DNA from: Polyangiaceae bacterium
GTDB lineage: Bacteria; Myxococcota_A; Polyangia; Polyangiales; Polyangiaceae
Direction: 5' to 3'
Assembly (NCBI GenBank): GCA_965222375.1
Contig: CBDCTZ010000014.1
Location: 704,001 to 768,000 of the forward strand
DNA length: 64,000 bases
The notes under the pieces are model-generated. The model made no database searches. It was not told where the DNA came from and saw nothing but the letters and a program-made list of their open reading frames with translations. Below are positions 59,535 through 64,000 of this stretch, piece by piece. The position numbers were made by a program, and so were the translations under genes. Numbering within the stretch: position 1 is the stretch's first letter; each line of letters starts with the position of its first letter.

Positions 59535-61010
59535 CTAGTTCGTTGAGGCCGGTTTTTCCGCTGGTTTCGGGGCTGGCTTGGGCGCTGGTTTTTCGGTGGG
59601 TTTCGGAGCGGGCTTGGGCTTGGGCGTCTCGATCTTGGGCAGCGGCAGGCCGGGTAGGGCGCTGGGCAGAGGCGGCAGGCCACTGGGAATGGGAGGCAGC
59701 CCGCTGGGCAGCGGTGGCAGCCCTTTGAGGTCCTTGGGAAACTCGGTCGGCAGCTTGAAGCCCGCGATTTCGATCTCCGGGATGGGCAAGGGCTTGAGGC
59801 CACAGCCGATCCCGATCGTGCGCAGCACCTTGGCATTGTCGAGATCCCGCGAGTCCGCGCGGATCTTGACCACGATCCCCACGCCGCCCTTCATGGCCGC
59901 CTTCGCGAGTGCCCCCGCGAGCTTGCCCAAGGTCTGACCTAGATACGATTCCGCGGCTGCTCCCGCGAGCGCCGTGCATGCGATGTTGCCGGTGAGATCC
60001 AGCGCAAGGGTGGCGTGGGTCGCGTGTCGGTCGATGTTGCCCTTGCCCCGCAAGGAGAAGTCGCCCGCCTTCACCTTGGATTCGGTCAGCTCGATTCGCG
60101 TGCGCGGCGCATTCAGCTTCAGCTTGGAGTCGAACGTGGTGGTGTCTCCGAAGACGATGCCATCGAGCTCTCGCGGATGCGGCGGCACGTAGCCTTTGAG
60201 GGTCACGCTGAGATCTCCCGAAATGGGCTCTGGCGTGGCGCTCTTGGGCAGCGTGAGATTCACGACGGCGCTCGCGGTGACGTCTTCGATCGGCAACTTG
60301 ACCCCGAGGGGGTCGGCCAGCTTTTCGGCTTTTACTGGCAGAAGTTCGATCTTGGCGGTGGGCTCGGGCAGGGCGTGTTGCACGCTGATGCGCACGGGCG
60401 CTCGACTCACGTCTTCTTCACCGAAGCCCAGCCCGACCACGGCGTCATCGCTGGTCCAAGAGGCGCCGATCTTGCCCAAGGGCGCGCCAGCAAAGGTGGC
60501 GGCTTCGGCACGGAATAGCGCGCCTCCCTTTTGCGGAGCGACTTCGCCGCCGGCGATCTGCAGCCAGGGCTCTTCTTTGACTCGCTCCCGCCAGGTGAAC
60601 GAAATCTCTTTGGCCTGCGCCGGTAGCTTCAGCGTTCTGGGATACTGCTTGGCCCACTGGGTGACTTCCAGGGCCAGCAGCGGCGCCGAACCTGCGGTTT
60701 CGATGCTCACATCGGTGGCCAGGACGCTCTTGGGCTCGAGAAAGTCGAGCCCAACCTCGAGGGTCTTTGCGCTGCCGACCAGGCCCTGCACGCCCACCAG
60801 CCGAAAGCGCGCGTCGCTGACCGTGGCGCGACCGAACCCGAAGCTGACTTTTCCCGGCTCCAGCTCGACTCCACGCTCTTTGGCCTCGGCCACGATGCGG
60901 TCCCGCAGATATCCCGGGAGGAGCAGCATGGCGGCAGCGCCCACGGCCACGATGGCGCCAACCACGAAGGCGCCCAGGATTAGAATGAGCTTTTTGCGTC
61001 CGCTAGCCAT
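59535..61010 (-). CDS. AsmA-like membrane-anchored protein with Pro-rich tail
   Basis: N-terminal TM, long beta-rich body, LPPLPSG and PKPA repeats. Confidence 0.6.
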   Translation of the reverse strand: MASGRKKLILILGAFVVGAIVAVGAAAMLLLPGYLRDRIVAEAKERGVELEPGKVSFGFGRATVSDARFRLVGVQGLVGSAKTLEVGLDFLEPKSVLATDVSIETAGSAPLLALEVTQWAKQYPRTLKLPAQAKEISFTWRERVKEEPWLQIAGGEVAPQKGGALFRAEAATFAGAPLGKIGASWTSDDAVVGLGFGEEDVSRAPVRISVQHALPEPTAKIELLPVKAEKLADPLGVKLPIEDVTASAVVNLTLPKSATPEPISGDLSVTLKGYVPPHPRELDGIVFGDTTTFDSKLKLNAPRTRIELTESKVKAGDFSLRGKGNIDRHATHATLALDLTGNIACTALAGAAAESYLGQTLGKLAGALAKAAMKGGVGIVVKIRADSRDLDNAKVLRTIGIGCGLKPLPIPEIEIAGFKLPTEFPKDLKGLPPLPSGLPPIPSGLPPLPSALPGLPLPKIETPKPKPAPKPTEKPAPKPAPKPAEKPASTN

Positions 61011-61104
61011 GCCCGAGTTCTAACTCGCTTCGCAGCCGCGCGTCAGCGCCGGACCCCGAGAGCGGGAAAATTCAACCAAGCTCTGCTATTTGTCCGCCTG
61101 CGCC

Positions 61105-61572
61105 ATGGCCACCTATCTCACCCGCGCTGGCTATCAGAAGATCGCCGACGAGCTGCAGGGACTCGTAGGAAGCGAGCGGCCCAAGGTCGTGCAGGAAGTG
61201 CAAGATGCCGCCGCCCAAGGAGATCGCAGCGAGAACGCCGAGTACATCTACGGCAAGAAGCGCCTGCGGGAAATCGATCGCCGGATCCGCTTCTTGACCA
61301 AGCGCCTGGATACGGCGGTCGTGGTGACCGACGAAAGCCGCAACAAGGACGTCGTCTTCTTCGGCGCCACCGTCGACGTGGAGGACGAGAACGGCAAGAA
61401 GAGTCGCTACACTATCGTCGGCCCGGACGAGGCGAACCCGGAAAAGAGACTGCTCAGCTTCAAGTCGCCCCTTGGGCGCGCGTTGATGAAGAAGAAAGTG
61501 GGCGATGTGGTCGTCGTCGATCGGCCTGCGGGCGAGATCGAAATCGAGATCTTGGCCATCGGCTACGACTGA
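61105..61572 (+). CDS. greB: Transcription elongation factor GreB
   Basis: GDRSENAEYIYGKKRLREIDRRIRFLTKRL. Confidence 0.96.
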   Translation: MATYLTRAGYQKIADELQGLVGSERPKVVQEVQDAAAQGDRSENAEYIYGKKRLREIDRRIRFLTKRLDTAVVVTDESRNKDVVFFGATVDVEDENGKKSRYTIVGPDEANPEKRLLSFKSPLGRALMKKKVGDVVVVDRPAGEIEIEILAIGYD

Positions 61573-61592
61573 GCGCGCGTGCCTTGCCCGGC

Positions 61593-62102
61593 TCAAAACG
61601 CAAAATCGCAGTGCTGGCCCGTGACGAAACCGCGGGCGCGAGCCCGCTGCACGAGGTCGCCGCTGAAGAACACTTCGATTTCGATCTTCTCGTATGAGCA
61701 ACCCTTGGGCTGCTGGAACCGCCACGGGTTGTCCTTTCGGTCGGCAGGCTCGCCGTAACAACTCACGACATGTTTGCGATCGGTTCCAGCCAGCTCTGGT
61801 ATGGTCTTCCAGCCAAACATCCCCCGGGGCGGGAACTTGGGACAGCCCTTCAGGGATGCGGGGCTTGCCGGTTCGGGCACGTAGGGCTCACTGATGTCGA
61901 CTACGAGGGCGTCCGCGCCACCGTCCAAGCTAGCCTCGCCGCCGCCCGCGTCAGGACCCTCCGCCGGCTCGACGGACGACTCTGCTACGGCCGATGTCGA
62001 CGGCCGCGAAGGATCGCTTCCGGGGTCCGCGGGCGCCCGGCGCCCGGGATCGCTGGGACAAGCCGTCATCAGCAGCCCGCAGAGCCCCAGCGCCCAGCGC
62101 AT
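61593..62102 (-). CDS. Hypothetical lipoprotein
   Basis: Lipobox LMTAC, low-complexity linker, small 4-Cys domain. Confidence 0.6.
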   Translation of the reverse strand: MRWALGLCGLLMTACPSDPGRRAPADPGSDPSRPSTSAVAESSVEPAEGPDAGGGEASLDGGADALVVDISEPYVPEPASPASLKGCPKFPPRGMFGWKTIPELAGTDRKHVVSCYGEPADRKDNPWRFQQPKGCSYEKIEIEVFFSGDLVQRARARGFVTGQHCDFAF

Positions 62103-62701
62103 CAATTGTACGCAGGCTGCGCCGCGGGCTGCGCCGGCAGATCGTAGTCGTCCTGATACTCGGACCGCACCTTGCCCTGAGGATCGAGCAGCCAAGTCGG
62201 CGCATGACGCCGGGGCACGCGGATCTTGCTGTGGGGCAGATGAGTTCCGAATAGATGATCCCAGATCGGGCTCGTCACCCCGTGGTTCATGTTCGGGTTC
62301 GTGAAGTGATGAGCCAGGTGGTTGCGCCTAGCCCAGCGCGAATAGGGCCCGATGGGCGCATGGGTGTGGGTGCGGCGATGGATGACCTCGTAGCTCGTGT
62401 AGGCGACGCCAAAGCCCAACGCGAAGGAGATGCCGTGGCGCGGTCCGACGAATAGCGAACTGATTGCTGCGAGGGCCGGAACCGCAATCGAGGCCGCCCG
62501 CACCTTGTGCGGCGTGGGCGTGAAGTAGCGCGTGTCCGTGTGGTGCGCTTGATGCTCGCTTCCAAAGTCTCCATCGAGCACGCCACGTTTGCCACTGCGC
62601 TTGCTGGCGCGGGGCCCATGGCCGACGAAACGATGCAGGGTGTATTCGGCGAGGCTCCAGGTGGCGGCGCCGGCGGCAAAGGCAAGGCTGGACACGAACA
62701 T
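62102..62701 (-). CDS. Sterol desaturase/fatty acid hydroxylase family protein
   Basis: EYTLHRFVGH, HQAHH, HRRTH, HLAHH, WDHLFGT. Confidence 0.9.
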   Translation of the reverse strand: MFVSSLAFAAGAATWSLAEYTLHRFVGHGPRASKRSGKRGVLDGDFGSEHQAHHTDTRYFTPTPHKVRAASIAVPALAAISSLFVGPRHGISFALGFGVAYTSYEVIHRRTHTHAPIGPYSRWARRNHLAHHFTNPNMNHGVTSPIWDHLFGTHLPHSKIRVPRRHAPTWLLDPQGKVRSEYQDDYDLPAQPAAQPAYN

Positions 62702-62717
62702 GACTTTCGACTCCTGA

Positions 62718-63413
62718 CTAATTATTGGACGATTGGGGCGGCGTGCGCCCGGTTTTTTCTAGGCTTTGGGGGCTGGCCCCCCAACCGATGAGCAGGCTGC
62801 GGAGGGTGGCTTCGCCCAGTGCCTGCGCATCGAAGTGCTGTCGATCGAAGCGCGCGAGCTTTCCCAGCTGACAGACGCCCTGCATGGCGGCCCACAGCAT
62901 CACCGCGCGCTGGGAAGCACTTCCGGAGCAGAGTGCGCCTTGCTCCTCGGCCTGACGAATCAGCGTGGCCATATCCGCCAGAAACGACATGATCGCCGGC
63001 GCAGACATGCGCACCGCTTCATCGTCCTGCACGAAAGGCCTCGGATCGCTCAGTAGCTCCGTGATCAGTCGGTAGGCCTCGGGCTCTTCTTCCGGCAGAG
63101 CCAAGTAAAAGCGCCCCGCGCGCAGGATCGGCATCAGCTCACTCTCGCCCTCGCGTGTTTCGCCAACGGCCGCGGCGAAACGAGGATGCAACGCCTCGAT
63201 GGTCTTGCGCTGCAGTTCGGCGATGAGCGCATCCTTGGAGTCGAAGTAGCGGTACAGGGCCGCGGGCACCAAATCGAAATCCCGCGCCAGCCGCCCCAGG
63301 GTCAAGGCGTCGATGCCTTCCTCCCCGATCAGCCGCTGCGCGTGGTCGAGCATCCGCGCGCGTCTGCGATTCTTGCGGCTTTTTCGCCGATCTGCTGAGT
63401 GAGTATCCGTCAC
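62718..63413 (-). CDS. TetR/AcrR family transcriptional regulator
   Basis: GIDALTLGRLARDFDLVPAALYRYFDSKDAL. Confidence 0.93.
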   Translation of the reverse strand: MTDTHSADRRKSRKNRRRARMLDHAQRLIGEEGIDALTLGRLARDFDLVPAALYRYFDSKDALIAELQRKTIEALHPRFAAAVGETREGESELMPILRAGRFYLALPEEEPEAYRLITELLSDPRPFVQDDEAVRMSAPAIMSFLADMATLIRQAEEQGALCSGSASQRAVMLWAAMQGVCQLGKLARFDRQHFDAQALGEATLRSLLIGWGASPQSLEKTGRTPPQSSNN

Positions 63414-63433
63414 TACAGTGAAGAGTATTCACT
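63398..63433. promoter_or_regulatory. Two tandem AGTGA-N7-TCACT palindromes overlapping the TetR start
   Basis: AGTGAGTATCCGTCACT and AGTGAAGAGTATTCACT. Confidence 0.7.
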
Positions 63434-63480
63434 ATTTTGGTTCCGTCAATGGATGTTCGACTTTTCCACCGCTTCATCGG

Positions 63481-63535
63481 GGTTTTTGGGGGTCGCATCC
63501 CTGGTTCGGAGTGTGAGCCCGCCTTTCGAACCAGG
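63481..63535. repeat. Degenerate copy of the dispersed ~55-bp repeat
   Basis: GGGTCGCATCCCTGGT is identical to the copy at 2084-2099. Confidence 0.55.
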
Positions 63536-63552
63536 AACATCTCCCGGAGAGG

Positions 63553-63658
63553 GTCGGAGCTGCGCAATCTCCGGGGCGCCGGGCCGTCGTGGAGCTCGAT
63601 GTCCTTGACGGGATCACGCTCAGAGTCGGAGCTGCGCAATCTCCGAGGCGCCGGGCCG
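63553..63658. repeat. Two 34-bp direct repeats separated by 38 bp
   Basis: GTCGGAGCTGCGCAATCTCCG(G/A)GGCGCCGGGCCG at 63553 and 63625. Confidence 0.85.
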
Positions 63659-63800
63659 CCTTGGCCGCGCCCTGGTCCGAGCCAAGGGATGTCCGATTCT
63701 ATCGAGTGAGGAGGACGTGCTCAGGGTGGTACCTGGAGCAACTGAATTGGGGTCCTTTGCGTGGACCGGTTCCCGGACTCTTCAGCGTTTTGGTGCACTG

Positions 63801-64000
63801 ATGAACTTGAACATTCTTTCCAGAGCCCGCCGCATCTTGGCGATCTCGACAGCGTGCATTGCAACGGGTGCTCCCGCCTGCTCGTCGGGGGGCGTAGACG
63901 GAGGCGCTGGTGGAACAAGCACGGGAAGCGCGAGTGGCGCAATGGGCGGCGCCGGCGCCACCGGCTCTGGAGGAGGCGGCGGGAAGATCCCAAGCCTTTT
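63801..64000 (+). CDS. 5' part of a Gly-rich lipoprotein (runs off window; not in ORF track)
   Basis: MNLNILSRARRILAISTACIATGAPACSSGGVDGGAGG..., with no stop before the window end. Confidence 0.65.
   Translation, partial: MNLNILSRARRILAISTACIATGAPACSSGGVDGGAGGTSTGSASGAMGGAGATGSGGGGGKIPSL

Noticed and set aside
1..64000. tRNA, rRNA, integrase, transposase or anti-phage defence genes
   Set aside because: None recognised by eye. Covariance-model and HMM scans would be needed to exclude them.

Overview
GC-rich bacterial chromosomal window. Gene content (Gly-rich lipoproteins, Hanks kinases, CglF/GltF-like protein, SCP-x thiolase) suggests a myxobacterium, probably Polyangiaceae-like. Most of it is housekeeping, lipid and stress metabolism: sdhAB, an ECF sigma/anti-sigma/Spy-like trio, the NAGGN osmolyte cluster, miaE, gluQ, ppa, DAHP synthase, Prx-Grx, greB. 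The most unusual part is a ~7.4 kb cassette (2025-9455) between intact sdhB and a decayed, diverged second sdhB copy. It encodes a trypsin-like/TSP3-repeat lipoprotein whose signal peptide is interrupted by 12 copies of a 7-bp repeat and is currently out of frame (candidate phase-variation switch). Downstream are two tandem lipoprotein paralogs (~83% aa identity by manual alignment) whose non-functional flanks are ~99% identical, and a beta-barrel gene. Also seen: a dispersed ~55-bp intergenic repeat family (6-7 copies, often as inverted pairs), a TetR-radical SAM-membrane protein operon and several operator-like palindromes. All calls come from reading motifs by eye; no database searches were run.
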